Shown in pieces: positions 1 to 9,808 of a DNA stretch of 54,578 bases; positions within the stretch are counted from its first letter, which is position 1; every line of letters begins with the position of its first letter. The stretch is taken from the NCBI GenBank assembly GCA_016930215.1, contig JAFGHH010000322.1, positions 1-54,578 of the forward strand, read 5' to 3'. Position numbers and translations under genes: made by a program. This DNA comes from Deltaproteobacteria bacterium. GTDB taxonomy: Bacteria; Myxococcota_A; Polyangia; DRWM01; JAAZOP01. Below the pieces are notes generated by a model. That model was not told the origin of the DNA, ran no database searches, and saw only the letters and a program-made list of their open reading frames with translations.

Positions 1-970
1 CGCGGTCGAGCCCCGCCTCGGCGGCGATGTCCATCGCGCGCATCGCGTCCTCGACGCGGTACGGCTTGCCCATCCGCCGCATCACGGCGGGGTCGGCCGA
101 CTCGAACGGGATCGTGATCGCGACGGTTCCGGCGGCCTTCATCCGTGCGGCGAGGTCGCGGGTCAGCAGGTGGGGCGCGATCCCCATGTCGAACCGCAGG
201 CTCAGCGGCGGGCCGCCGCGGGCGACGGCGTCGAGGAACCCCCCAAGAGCCTCCGGGGCGAGCATCACGTTGGGGTCCCAGTTGCAGAACTTCGTGATGC
301 CGTATTCCCGGCGGACGCGGTGGAGGTCGGCGGCCGCCTCGCGCGGCGGCTGGAGCACCTCGACGGGGCTCGAGGCGTTGAGGCAGAACGAGCAGCGGTA
401 GCGGCAGCCGGCGACGAGCCGGAACAGCCAGATGCGCGGGGGCTCCTCGCCCGGCGCCAGGCGGGGGAAGACCCGGTCGGCCTCCGCCCAGCGCCCGCGG
501 AACACCTCGTCGGCGCCGCTCCGGGTTGCGTGCTCGGGGAACGTCGTCGGATAGAAGCCGCCGAACCGGACACGGGCCTTCGGGAAGGCACGGCGGCAGG
601 CGGCGACGACCCGGTGCGCCGGCTCCCAGTTGAAGGTGATGCAGCAGGTGACCAGCACCTCGTCCGGCGGCTCCAGCTCCGCGAGACGCTCGTCCAGCCA
701 GGCGAAGTCGCGGCCGTACAGATGGACGTCGCGGACGAGCCGGGTCCGGTTGTCGCCGCACGGCTTCCGGGCGACGCGGGTTTCCGGGCGCAGCGCGCGG
801 TCGTAGTCGCCCTCGAGGTACCCCATCATGTCGAGCAGCCGGACCTCGTGGCCCTGGTCGCGCAGCAGCGTCGCGATCTGGTGCAGGCCGTACGGGAAGA
901 CGTCGGCGTAGGCGTACACCTGCAGCTCGTCGACGGCGAGGACGGGCGGGTTGACGAGCAGGAAGCGCAT
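1..970 (-). CDS. B12-binding-domain (class B) radical SAM protein, C-terminus cut by the window edge
   Basis: Not in the ORF track because it runs off the left edge. My manual reverse-complement translation from ATG 970..968 gives MRFLLVNPPVLAVDELQVYAYADVFPYGLHQIATLLRDQGHEVRLLDMMGY... (B12-binding-like N-domain). An in-frame LVAGCRYRCSFC (CxxxCxxC) lies at about 406..383. The frame checked at the start (781..970), the motif region (361..420) and the left end (1..61) is free of stops and mutually in phase; the rest was not translated. Confidence 0.8.
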   Translation of the reverse strand, partial: MRFLLVNPPVLAVDELQVYAYADVFPYGLHQIATLLRDQGHEVRLLDMMGYLEGDYDRALRPETRVARKPCGDNRTRLVRDVHLYGRDFAWLDERLAELEPPDEVLVTCCITFNWEPAHRVVAACRRAFPKARVRFGGFYPTTFPEHATRSGADEVFRGRWAEADRVFPRLAPGEEPPRIWLFRLVAGCRYRCSFCLNASSPVEVLQPPREAAADLHRVRREYGITKFCNWDPNVMLAPEALGGFLDAVARGGPPLSLRFDMGIAPHLLTRDLAARMKAAGTVAITIPFESADPAVMRRMGKPYRVEDAMRAMDIAAEAGLDR

Positions 971-1021
971 CGGGGGGATCCTACGACATGCGGCGGCGCC
1001 CGGATACGGCGCGCGCGGCGG

Positions 1022-2029
1022 TCAGCCCTTGCCGTCGCGGCCGAAGTCCTTGGGGGTCGGCAGGCGGACCAGGTGGGCCTCGCACCAGCCGCAGACCGCG
1101 CAGGCCCGGTCGCAGGTGGTGATCCGATCCCAGGCCTCGGGCGGCTCGCGGTAGAACGGTCCGTCGTTGGTCAGGTCCTTCATCGCCGCGTAGCGCTCGA
1201 TCGAGGCGACGATGCTCGGGGTGGGGGTGCCGCGGCCGCTGAGCTTGACCAGCTCCACCAGCCCGACCAGGTGGCGCAGATGTCCCGGGAGGATGTCCTT
1301 GATCGCCACGAGCCAGAACTGCTCGTGCTTGAGCTTGAGGCTGCAGCGGCGGCAGCCGACGTAGCCCGAGAAGGCGCCGGGCTCGGGCCAGGCGTGGCGC
1401 ACCTCGTCGTAGAGTTGGATCTGCGTGCCGTGGTTGCGTTCGGTCGGGCAGTCGGGCAGGCACTTGTCGTTGGCCACGACCCGCACGGTCAGGCCGAGCT
1501 TGCGGATGGCGCGGATGGCGTCGAGTCGCTTGTTGGCGGCGCGATGGAGCGTGATGCCGCGGCTGCCGACCTCGGACTTCCAGTACCAGGCGGCTACGGG
1601 GTCGCCGACGTGCGCGACGGTGGACGGCTGGAGCGCGAGCTTCGGCTGCCGGCGATGCAGCTCGACCGCCAGCTCGAAATCGCTCAGCGTGAAGACGCTC
1701 CGGGGGTAGGTCCCGTGGAGGCGCAGGATCTCGCGCCCCAGCAGGGTCGTGCGGTGCGGCGAGCCGAGCTGGTTGGCGACGAAGTTGAGCGGGATGCGGA
1801 GGCGGCGGCAGGCGCGGGCCAGCTTCGCCACCTGCCGGTCGTAGACGTCGGGGTCGTGCGGTCCGGTCCACGGCCGGCCCGTGTGGCAGTACACCTCGTG
1901 GACCGGGAGGTAGACCTCGCCGATGCACGCCTTCCACGGCTCGAGGACCTTCGCGACGTAGTCGGGGTCGTGGTTGTACGGCGCGCTGATGCGCAGCGGG
2001 GTGTCGAGCAGCGGCAGGCGCTTGGCCAT
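1022..2029 (-). CDS. Cys-rich hypothetical protein (possible Fe-S enzyme), family not recognised
   Basis: The 335-aa listed ORF has normal composition, unlike the overlapping Arg/Pro-rich frames. Cys motifs are KCLPDC, GCRRC and a C-terminal CDRACAVCGWC. It lies 51 nt downstream of, and co-directional with, the rSAM gene at 1..970. Confidence 0.6.
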   Translation of the reverse strand: MAKRLPLLDTPLRISAPYNHDPDYVAKVLEPWKACIGEVYLPVHEVYCHTGRPWTGPHDPDVYDRQVAKLARACRRLRIPLNFVANQLGSPHRTTLLGREILRLHGTYPRSVFTLSDFELAVELHRRQPKLALQPSTVAHVGDPVAAWYWKSEVGSRGITLHRAANKRLDAIRAIRKLGLTVRVVANDKCLPDCPTERNHGTQIQLYDEVRHAWPEPGAFSGYVGCRRCSLKLKHEQFWLVAIKDILPGHLRHLVGLVELVKLSGRGTPTPSIVASIERYAAMKDLTNDGPFYREPPEAWDRITTCDRACAVCGWCEAHLVRLPTPKDFGRDGKG

Positions 2030-2205
2030 GTGATCCTCGCGGCTCCGCCGCCCGGCGGCGGACCACTTCGGCCCATAGGGGAAACCGATCGTTCCGTCAA
2101 TCGTGCGAGCCGAACTCGGCGACTGCTCGCGGTCGGCCGCTTGACCCGGCGTGCGGCGGACTGTCAGACTCCTGGGGGCCGGGCGAGCCGGCCAGGGGAT
2201 GCGGC

Positions 2206-3750
2206 ATGCCCAGGACCCGGCTGGTGTTCGTCAACCAGTACCACGCCAACCGCAGCGAGATGAGCGCGGCGGTGTTCTTCCACAACGCCGCCTATCAGCT
2301 CAAGGCGTACCTCGAGACGGTCCCCCGCCTGCGCCGGACCTACGACATCGAGATTCCGGACCTCTCGAGCCTGCCCTCGCACCAGCGCGGACTGACCGAC
2401 GAGGACGACCTGAACCTGCTCGGCGCCGTCCTGCGCCGCCGTCCCGGGATCCTGGCGTTCAGCCTGTACTGCTGGAACAGTCCGGCGCTGCACGAGCTGG
2501 CCCGCACGTTGAAACGCCTGGCGCCCGGGGTATTGACGGTGGCCGGCGGTCCGGAGGTCTATGACCGGCGCGAGTTCGCCGCGCTGTTCCCGGCGTTCGA
2601 CGTCCTCGTGGAGGGCGACGGCGAGCTGCCGTTGCGCGCCATCCTCGAGCGGCTGCCGGACCGGGACTTCCGCAGGATCGCGAACGTGTCGTTCCGTCGC
2701 GGGGGGCGGTGGATCCACAATCGCTCGGCGCCCGCGGTCTGCGACATCGATGAGATCCCGAACTACTACCGGGCGGAGCGGCGGAACATCGGCGGGATCG
2801 GCTGGTACCTGACGACCCGCGGTTGCCGCAACGCATGCGACTATTGCCTGTGGGCGCGGCAGCCGATGCGGCAGAAGAGCCGGGCCAAGGTACTCGAGGA
2901 GCTCGAGACGCTGATCGCGCAGACCCGGCTGCGCAAGCTGATCCTGTTCGACTACGACCTGCTCGAGTTGTACGGCGCGGACCACGAGTTGCTGGAGACG
3001 ATCGCCGGGCTCGTGCGTCGGCGCGGGTCCGACTTCGCGTTCAACCTGTTCACGAACCCGGGCTCGATCGCCCGCCCCGGGATACGGGAACTGGTGGAAC
3101 GGCTGCCGGTCCGGCGGATCACGGTCGGGCTGCAGACGGGCCACCGGCCCGCGGCCTGCGCCGTCAACCGTGCCTGGGGCGGGCAGGGGCTCGCGCCGTT
3201 CGTTGCCGTGCCGGAGGACCTGCGTTCGCGCATGGTCGTCGAGCTGATGTATCCGTTGCCGAAGGAGACGCCGGCGACCTTTCGCGCGACGCTCGAACGG
3301 CTGTTCGGCCTGGGCTACTTCCGGCTGCGCGTCTACCACCTGATGGTGCTTCGCGGCACGCGCCTGCGGCGGCGCGCGTCGGAGATGGGGCTGGGGTACC
3401 TGGACCGGCCGCCCTACTTCTGCCTCGAGACTCCCACTTCTTCGGCGGCCCAGACCTTGCGGATCGGCCGGCTCGGCTTCGTGCTGACGCTGATGACGAC
3501 CGTGCTCGACGGGCTGCGGGACGCCGAGGCCATCCGGCGCTGGTTCGTGGCCGACCGGGGGCGGATCGTGGGACGGATTCTCGCGGCGATCGACGGCGGC
3601 CGGGGTCCCGACGAGATCCTGCGGAGCGAGATCCGCTCGATCTGCGGCGTGGACTACCCCGGCAGCTTCGTCCTGGGTGAGTACAAGGGTCCGCCGGAGG
3701 CACCGCCTTCGTTGTACGCGTTGGTGGATGACTCCGGGCGACGCCGCTGA
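2206..3750 (+). CDS. B12-binding-domain (class B) radical SAM protein
   Basis: 514-aa listed ORF. The N-terminal Rossmann-like part (RLVFVNQYH, ILAFSLYCWNS, VAGGPE) is followed by TTRGCRNACDYC (CxxxCxxC). It is divergent from 1022..2029. Confidence 0.85.
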   Translation: MPRTRLVFVNQYHANRSEMSAAVFFHNAAYQLKAYLETVPRLRRTYDIEIPDLSSLPSHQRGLTDEDDLNLLGAVLRRRPGILAFSLYCWNSPALHELARTLKRLAPGVLTVAGGPEVYDRREFAALFPAFDVLVEGDGELPLRAILERLPDRDFRRIANVSFRRGGRWIHNRSAPAVCDIDEIPNYYRAERRNIGGIGWYLTTRGCRNACDYCLWARQPMRQKSRAKVLEELETLIAQTRLRKLILFDYDLLELYGADHELLETIAGLVRRRGSDFAFNLFTNPGSIARPGIRELVERLPVRRITVGLQTGHRPAACAVNRAWGGQGLAPFVAVPEDLRSRMVVELMYPLPKETPATFRATLERLFGLGYFRLRVYHLMVLRGTRLRRRASEMGLGYLDRPPYFCLETPTSSAAQTLRIGRLGFVLTLMTTVLDGLRDAEAIRRWFVADRGRIVGRILAAIDGGRGPDEILRSEIRSICGVDYPGSFVLGEYKGPPEAPPSLYALVDDSGRRR

Positions 3751-3858
3751 TGCGGGCGCGGAGCGCCGGGCGGCGGCGGCACGGTCGGATCGGGCCCGGC
3801 GCCGCGCTGCAGGGGCGCAGGGGGCTGCGCCACGCGGCGCGCGAAGCGGCATCCTCGG

Positions 3859-4953
3859 CTATCGGCGCGGGTTGATGACGTGCCGGTTCACCCGCCGGGC
3901 CTCGTAGGCGGACGGGGTGAAACGCAGCGACAGCGCGTGGGTCGGGCAGGCCCGCAGGCACAGCCCGCAGCCGACGCACAGCCCGTCGTCGATCCGCAGT
4001 GCCCCTTCCCGGAGGCTCAGCGCCCCGAAGCCGCAGCGGCCAAGGCAGTTCCCGCAACCGGTGCATTTCGCGGCGTCGACCTCCGCCCGGTAGTGCGTGA
4101 CGAACCCGAGCTTCCGGCCGGAAGCCATGTAGGATTCGAGCAGTTCGCAGCTGCACGGGCAGCAGCTGCAGATGAACTCGGTGCCCGAACGGGCCGGTGT
4201 CAGGTAGTCGGCGCTCGACGTGTGGACCAGGCCGGCGCGCGTTCCGCGCTCGAGGGCGTCCAGCGCCTCCGTCACCGAGACTTCCCGGCCGCAGCCGCGG
4301 GCGACCGCCTCGTCGGCCAGGTGGTCGAAGACGAGGCAGATGTCGTCGTGCGGCTTCTCGCAGGTCGTGCTGCGGAAGCGACAGGCGCATTGCTGGAGCA
4401 CGCGCCGCCGGGCGGCGCGGACGATCGCGCGGGCATCGACGGACGGCACGACGGCGCGGCCCTTCCCGCGGGGGAGGTTGGCCGGGAGCACGCGGAAGCC
4501 GGGACGGGCGTCCGGGCCGAGGTCGAACCGCCGGCGGGCCCGGTGCTCGCGCGTCCAACTCTGCCAGAGCGCGCGGAAGCGGGAACCCAGCCGGTTGTTG
4601 CGGGCGTCGCACAGGATGTTGTCCACGTAGACGTCCGGGAACGCGTACCGCGGCTCGCCGCCCGGCCCGCAGAGCTCCAGCACCAGCCCCGAACGGCAGG
4701 CCTTCCGGAGGGTGGCCCGCAGCTCGCGGCGGCGGGCATCCGTCCACGCGAGGAGCTGTTCGAGGGTTGCCGGCAGCGCCAGGAGCAGCTCGGCCTCTCG
4801 CGGGGTCACCATCAGGGCGAGGATCTTCGGCAGCGAAGGCACTTGTCGCGGGTCGTCGAGCCGCTCGGCCAGCCGAACGAACGGGTCCGGCCGCTTCCTC
4901 GCCGGGGGCTTCCTCTTCGCCCGGTCCTTCTTGGGTCGGTGTGCCTTCTTCAC
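3859..4953 (-). CDS. 4Fe-4S dicluster ferredoxin-domain protein with extra Cys clusters
   Basis: The C-terminus carries CTGCGNCLGRC and CVGCGLCLRACP ferredoxin motifs. Upstream are FICSCCPCSC and CACRFRSTTC. I chose GTG 4953 as the start because it forms a GTGA overlap with the stop of 4950..6656. The longer listed ORF (to 6243) overlaps that gene and is Arg/Pro-rich. Confidence 0.75.
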   Translation of the reverse strand: MKKAHRPKKDRAKRKPPARKRPDPFVRLAERLDDPRQVPSLPKILALMVTPREAELLLALPATLEQLLAWTDARRRELRATLRKACRSGLVLELCGPGGEPRYAFPDVYVDNILCDARNNRLGSRFRALWQSWTREHRARRRFDLGPDARPGFRVLPANLPRGKGRAVVPSVDARAIVRAARRRVLQQCACRFRSTTCEKPHDDICLVFDHLADEAVARGCGREVSVTEALDALERGTRAGLVHTSSADYLTPARSGTEFICSCCPCSCELLESYMASGRKLGFVTHYRAEVDAAKCTGCGNCLGRCGFGALSLREGALRIDDGLCVGCGLCLRACPTHALSLRFTPSAYEARRVNRHVINPRR

Positions 4954-6656
4954 GGAAGCGGCGCCTCCACCCCGTCGTCCAGTCGGCGGCGGAGCAGCTT
5001 GGCGACGAACAGCACGTCGCGGATCCAGTTGTTCCACCAGCCTTTCCCGCAGCGCTCGCGAAGGACGGTTTCCAGGTCGGCCAGGGACGTCTCCATGACC
5101 CGCCGATCCGTCAGGCTGCTTTGGCCGCCGCGGTCGTAGTACGGCAGCATCAGCCGCACGCCCGCCCCGTCCCGCTCGGCCAGCTCGCAGAAGTCGACCA
5201 GTTCGTGGTGGTTGGCCCGCAGCAGCACCATGCTGTAGACGAGACCGCCTCGCAGCCGGCCGTCGGCGAAGGCGGTTCGCAGCAGGTCGATCTTCGGCCG
5301 AATTCTCGCGAGCGGCAGGCCGCGATTGACCCGCCGGTAGGTCGCCGCCGTGGCGGCGTTCAGGCTGACGACGACGTCGCAGCGCGGGACGCGGCCGAGC
5401 GTCTCGACGGTGCGCTCGTCGAGGAGCGAGGCGTTGGTGACCATCGTCAGCTCGAGCCACGGGGCGTCGGCGAACGGAAAGGAGGCGACGAAGCGGCGGA
5501 ACGCCGGCGACAGCAGCGGCTCGCCGGCGGACGAGACGAGTACGCGCTTCAGGCCGGGCAGGAGGCGTCCGAGGCCGGTCCAGAACACGTCGGACAGCTC
5601 GTCGTCGAGCGTCCCGTCCTCGCCCCATTCGCACATCAGGCAGTCGTAGTTGCAGGCGGAGACGGGCGGCAGGTGCAGCATCTCGGGCCCCATGTCGAGG
5701 CGCAGGCGACCGTCCAGGATCGCCTCGACGCGGTCGAGCTGTGCCTCGACGAACGGCGCCGGCCCGCCGGCGAGCACGTGATCTTCCAGCCGTGCGTTGC
5801 GCATCTGGAGCATCGGGCAGGTCTCCCGGCAGAGCCGCTCGGGCTCGCCCGCGAGCATGGCGCGGCGGAAGTCCTGCATCCAATCGGAGTCGAACAGTTC
5901 TGCCGGCGACGCGCCGGGCGGCGCGGATCGCATCTCCTTGGGGAAGACGGAACAGCACGGCCCGTAGGTGTGCCGCGCGGGCGGTTTGCCGCCGGGGAAC
6001 AGGTCGAGACGGGTCCATGGCAGGATGCAGGCGAGCGCGGGGAGGCGGTCGAGGGGCAGGAGGTCGCCGACCCGCAAGGCGCGTCCGGGCCGTCCGGTCA
6101 GCGTCTCGCGGGCCTGCTTTCGCCAATCCGCAGGACCGACGCGCCGGGCGGGACGTCTCGCCCGCGGCCGGAGGCCGGTGGGCAGATCGTTCGGCCGGAG
6201 GCGGCGCAGTCCGTCGTCGCCCACCAGCACCGCGTACGCGCACGACAGTCCCGGGCAGCGGTCGGACAGGGCGCAGCCGCGGCAGGCCGCGCCGAAGTAG
6301 CGATCCGCGTGCGACGGCGCCGCGCCCGGTCCCGCTTGCAGCGCCTCGTGGCGGCGGAGCTCCGGTCCCAGGCAGCAGGGCGGCAGGTCCGAGTCGGCCG
6401 CGACGACGACGGGAACGCCGCCCGCCGTCGCGTCGGCCAGGATTCCCGGCAGCCGCTCCGCCGCCAGGGGCAGCGGGACGGCGGTGCGCACGAAGTCGGT
6501 CACCGACCCGTCGAACACCGGTCCGCGCAGCCGGACCGGCGCGGCCTGCCCGCGGGAGGCGCGCGTCCGGAGGCTCCGCGCGAGCGTGTCGAATCCGTCC
6601 CGCGTCAGCACGAAGTCGCGTGCGGTCCGCTTGCTCCCGGCGCCTCGGATCGCCAT
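4950..6656 (-). CDS. radical SAM protein with N-terminal Cys-rich SPASM/twitch-like region
   Basis: 568-aa listed ORF. The rSAM core is in the C-terminal half (LHLPPVSACNYDCLMCEWG, SSAGEPLL). The N-terminal half has CRGCALSDRCPGLSC, CILPWTRLDL...GPCCSVFP and CRETCP. Confidence 0.75.
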   Translation of the reverse strand: MAIRGAGSKRTARDFVLTRDGFDTLARSLRTRASRGQAAPVRLRGPVFDGSVTDFVRTAVPLPLAAERLPGILADATAGGVPVVVAADSDLPPCCLGPELRRHEALQAGPGAAPSHADRYFGAACRGCALSDRCPGLSCAYAVLVGDDGLRRLRPNDLPTGLRPRARRPARRVGPADWRKQARETLTGRPGRALRVGDLLPLDRLPALACILPWTRLDLFPGGKPPARHTYGPCCSVFPKEMRSAPPGASPAELFDSDWMQDFRRAMLAGEPERLCRETCPMLQMRNARLEDHVLAGGPAPFVEAQLDRVEAILDGRLRLDMGPEMLHLPPVSACNYDCLMCEWGEDGTLDDELSDVFWTGLGRLLPGLKRVLVSSAGEPLLSPAFRRFVASFPFADAPWLELTMVTNASLLDERTVETLGRVPRCDVVVSLNAATAATYRRVNRGLPLARIRPKIDLLRTAFADGRLRGGLVYSMVLLRANHHELVDFCELAERDGAGVRLMLPYYDRGGQSSLTDRRVMETSLADLETVLRERCGKGWWNNWIRDVLFVAKLLRRRLDDGVEAPLP

Positions 6657-6663
6657 GCCCTTC

Positions 6664-7842
6664 TCACCGTCGCCCGAAGGCCATGTCCCGGAACTCGCAC
6701 GGCTGGGTCTCGCAGACCGACCGTCCCTGGTGCCCGGAGAACGGGTCGAGCAGGTAGCCTCGGCAGGCGCGCATCGCGGGCCCGTTCCAGACCTCCTCGA
6801 ACGGCTGCTCGAGCAGGTTGCCCACGGTCATGTTCGTGCCCCACGCCGTGCAGCAGGGCGTCACCGACCCGTCCGAGTTGACGTACAGCGTCTCGAACGG
6901 GTGCCGGCAGCACCAGGGGAGTCGCGGGTCGAGCGCCAACTCGACGATGTTCACGGGGAACGACCGGCGCCGCGGGGGCCGGGCAGGATCCAGGGCCGGG
7001 TCCCGTCGGCCCAAGTAGCGGCTCGTGGGCACGTGGTTCTGCCAGGCGATCCGGAACATTTCGCCCGCCAGCTCGACCTCGAGCGGTGCTCCGGGCGGAA
7101 GCCGGTCGCTCCGGTCGTGGAACGACGAGAGCCAGTCGGGGTCGCCGTCGGTCGAGAGGAGTTGGAAGAGGATCGGCACGCCGAGCTCCCGCGCCGACCG
7201 GACGGCGGCCTCCAACTCGTGCTCGTTGTGGCGATGGACGATGAACTTCCAGGCCAGCTCGATCGGCACGCGCAGGCGGTCGCGGGCCTCGGCCAGGCGG
7301 CGCAGGTTGTGCATCGCCAGCGCCAGGTCGCCGCCGACCCGGTACCGCTCGTACGCCGTCTGGCTGGTGCCATCGATCGAGGCGTGCAGGCTGCGCAGCC
7401 CCGACCGCACCAGACGCTCGGCCGCGGCCCGGTCGAGGGCCGGGAAGTTGAAGTTGGAGTCGGCGTGGACGCGGCGTCCGGACCCGGCGGCCAGCGTGAT
7501 GATCTCGTGGAGTTCCGGGTTCAGGAACGGCTCGCCCCAGTTGTGCAGGGTGAGCGTTTCAGCGAACGGCGCGACACGCTCGAGGAGCACGGCGAAGCGT
7601 TCGGCCGTCAGCACCCGGTGCGGGAACGATCGCTCCCGGCGGCCGGTGGGGCAGCAGGGGCACCGCAGCCCGCACAGGTTGCAGATGTCGATGAAGACCG
7701 CGTGGGGCGGGGAGCAGGTCAGGTCCTTGCGGAGCACGCGGGGCGCGACGCGCGGGGCGGCGGACCCGCGCACGCCGGTTCGACCCGCGGCGGGCTTTCG
7801 GGGGCCGGCCGGCCGGTTTCCGGGTGTCAGGTCGTCCACCAC
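6664..7842 (-). CDS. radical SAM/SPASM-domain protein
   Basis: 392-aa listed ORF. FIDICNLCGLRCPCC contains CxxxCxxC, and NWGEPFLNP is present. The C-terminal region is SPASM-like (LPWCCRHPFETLYVNSDGSVTPCC ... CETQPC). The GTG start at 7842 is uncertain. Confidence 0.8.
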   Translation of the reverse strand: MVDDLTPGNRPAGPRKPAAGRTGVRGSAAPRVAPRVLRKDLTCSPPHAVFIDICNLCGLRCPCCPTGRRERSFPHRVLTAERFAVLLERVAPFAETLTLHNWGEPFLNPELHEIITLAAGSGRRVHADSNFNFPALDRAAAERLVRSGLRSLHASIDGTSQTAYERYRVGGDLALAMHNLRRLAEARDRLRVPIELAWKFIVHRHNEHELEAAVRSARELGVPILFQLLSTDGDPDWLSSFHDRSDRLPPGAPLEVELAGEMFRIAWQNHVPTSRYLGRRDPALDPARPPRRRSFPVNIVELALDPRLPWCCRHPFETLYVNSDGSVTPCCTAWGTNMTVGNLLEQPFEEVWNGPAMRACRGYLLDPFSGHQGRSVCETQPCEFRDMAFGRR

Positions 7843-7942
7843 GGCTCACCGCTAGCAGATCGATGCGATCGGGACAAGGCGGAGGGACGAATCCGGCGCA
7901 GGGATTGCTCCCTCGGCGCGGCTGTGCCAAGTTGGCCCCGGG

Positions 7943-7956
7943 AGCGCCCGGGCGCT
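7943..7956 (+). promoter_or_regulatory. perfect 14-nt palindrome AGCGCCCGGGCGCT 20 nt upstream of ATG 7976
   Basis: Read directly from the sequence. It lies in the 133-nt divergent intergenic region between 6664..7842 and 7976..9808. Confidence 0.25.
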
Positions 7957-7975
7957 TCCCCGTGCCGGACGCGCG

Positions 7976-9808
7976 ATGCAGATCGACCTCGTTTTCCCCC
8001 CGTTCGACTACTCGGTTCTGGTGCCCGAGGTTGGCCTTCCGGTCCTGACGGCCAACCTGCGGCGTGGCGGCTTCGAGGTACGTCAGGCGGACTGGAATGT
8101 CGAGTTCCTCGTGCGGGAGTTGGGCCGGTTGTCCGGGCCGGCGCGGCTGGTCGAGCGTTTCCCGGCCGGGTCCGTGGAGGAGTGGCGGGAGGCCGCGGCG
8201 CAGCCGTCCCGGCTGCTGACCGCGATCGCCCGGGCGCTCGGATGGAACCCTGCACGGCCGGCCGGCCCGGGCCGGCCGGGGCGAAGCGGGGTGGACGATT
8301 CCGCGGCGGATCCCTTCGAGCCGATCCGGGTGATCGAGCGGCGGACGCAGAAGTCGTGCCACCTTCGTCCGCACCAGATCCTCGGGGACTGGCGCGAGGA
8401 GTTCGAGCGACTGCCTTCCAGATGGCGCGACCCGCGCGATTTCCGTTCCGTGGTGTTGGCCGGCCTGGCCCGCTGGGGAGCGCGGGATCCGGACTTTCGC
8501 GCGCGGCTGCTGCGCCTCCTGCAGCACCTGCACTTCGCGCCGGCGAGCTACCGGATGGAGGACCTCCTGGCCGCGGCCGACCGGCCCGATCCGCTGCTCG
8601 ACCCGTTCTACGCTGCACGGTTGGAGGCGTTGTTCGCCACGCGGACGCCGCGGATCTTCGGGATCGCCCTCTGGTCGCCGCTGCAGCTCGCCCCGGCGTT
8701 GCGTCTGGCCCGCAGCGTGCGGCGCCTGATCCCCGGAGCGATGCTGGTCGCCGGTGGGGCCTGGTGCAGCTATGCCGCTCCGCGGCTCGGCGCCGTGCCC
8801 GAGCTGTTCGACCGGTTCGACGCCGTGCTGCCGGGCGAGGCCGAGACGAGTTTCGTCGCGCTGGCCCGGGCCGCGACGGAGGGCCAGCCTGTCGCGGGGC
8901 TGCCCGGGGTGGTCGATCGGGAGGCCGCTCTTGCCGGTCGCACGTCCTCGCCGACCCCGCGACCGCTCGAGGCGATCGCCCTGCCCGAATACGACGATCT
9001 GCCGTTGGACCTGTATCCGGAGCGGAAGCTGATCCTGCGGCTCGCGCGCGGCTGCTACTGGGGCCGCTGCGCCGTCTGCTCCCACGTTCTCCCCGAGACG
9101 AACCGGCACCATGCCTCGCCGAAGGAGGCGCGGCTGACGAAGGGGCACCTGCGGGCCCTGGCCGGACACATCCGCCGGGTCGGCGAGCGGCACGGCATCC
9201 GGCAGTTCACGACGGCCGACAACCTGGTTTCGCCCGGCGTCATGCAGCAGCTCTGCGAGCTGAACCGACGCGAGGGCCTCGGCTTCACTTGGGACTCGCT
9301 GGCCCGGTTCCACCGCGAGTACGATCTGGAGTTCTGCCGGATGCTCGTCGCGGGCGGCTGCACGCGGCTCGACCTGGGCCTGGAGGTCGCCGACGACGCG
9401 GAGCTCCGGCGGATCCACAAGGGGCTGCAGCTCGAAACCGCGTTGCGCGGCCTCCGCAACCTCCACCGGGCCGGGGTCGGGGTGATGGTGTTCGTGCTCG
9501 ACTACCCGGGCCTGCCGCCGGAGGCGCTGGAGCGGACGCTGGAGTGGCTGGCGGAACACCGGGAGCTGGTGCCGGCGGTCTCGATCTCGCGCTTCCACCT
9601 CGCCTGCGGCACGCGGCCCTGGCGGGAGCCGGACGCCTTGGGGATCCGCCCGGTCCCCGGGCGGGACCGGGACCTCAACGTCTTCGACCTGGAGTACACC
9701 GCCGAGAGCGCGCTCGACGATGCGGCGTTCGCCGCCCTGGTCCGACGCCATGCCGATCGGCTGCCGCTGGGCGGCTTCGTCTATGGCGGCGAGGAGCGGG
9801 GAGAATGA
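7976..9808 (+). CDS. B12-binding-domain radical SAM protein with variant Cx4Cx2C motif
   Basis: 610-aa listed ORF starting at ATG 7976. The N-domain is MQIDLVFPPFDY... The cluster motif is LARGCYWGRCAVCSH. Its stop overlaps the next start (ATGA). Confidence 0.8.
   Translation: MQIDLVFPPFDYSVLVPEVGLPVLTANLRRGGFEVRQADWNVEFLVRELGRLSGPARLVERFPAGSVEEWREAAAQPSRLLTAIARALGWNPARPAGPGRPGRSGVDDSAADPFEPIRVIERRTQKSCHLRPHQILGDWREEFERLPSRWRDPRDFRSVVLAGLARWGARDPDFRARLLRLLQHLHFAPASYRMEDLLAAADRPDPLLDPFYAARLEALFATRTPRIFGIALWSPLQLAPALRLARSVRRLIPGAMLVAGGAWCSYAAPRLGAVPELFDRFDAVLPGEAETSFVALARAATEGQPVAGLPGVVDREAALAGRTSSPTPRPLEAIALPEYDDLPLDLYPERKLILRLARGCYWGRCAVCSHVLPETNRHHASPKEARLTKGHLRALAGHIRRVGERHGIRQFTTADNLVSPGVMQQLCELNRREGLGFTWDSLARFHREYDLEFCRMLVAGGCTRLDLGLEVADDAELRRIHKGLQLETALRGLRNLHRAGVGVMVFVLDYPGLPPEALERTLEWLAEHRELVPAVSISRFHLACGTRPWREPDALGIRPVPGRDRDLNVFDLEYTAESALDDAAFAALVRRHADRLPLGGFVYGGEERGE

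Noticed and set aside
2070-2200. Cobalamin riboswitch upstream of the B12-binding rSAM gene at 2206. The cues were AGGGGAAACCG, GCGACTG and GTCAGACTCCTGG.
   Set aside because: The resemblance is only partial. The B12-box-like stretch ends in CCTGGGGG rather than the CCTGCC I remember. The GGTG...CCCGCCACTG core is not matched, and the region is shorter than typical elements. A covariance-model scan (Rfam cobalamin model) would settle it.
170-2263. Very long listed ORFs. Examples are 170..2263, 2164..3852, 13388..15502, 15790..17757, 17592..19625, 19100..21493, 39457..42477, 43388..45997 and 52169..54562, plus the upstream parts of 3859..6243, 6484..10581, 9720..13571, 27825..31598 and 33487..37302.
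   Set aside because: Their translations are dominated by Arg/Ala/Gly/Pro runs with no recognisable motifs. They lie antisense to, or out of frame with, ORFs that carry clear family motifs. Long open frames are expected by chance at this GC content.
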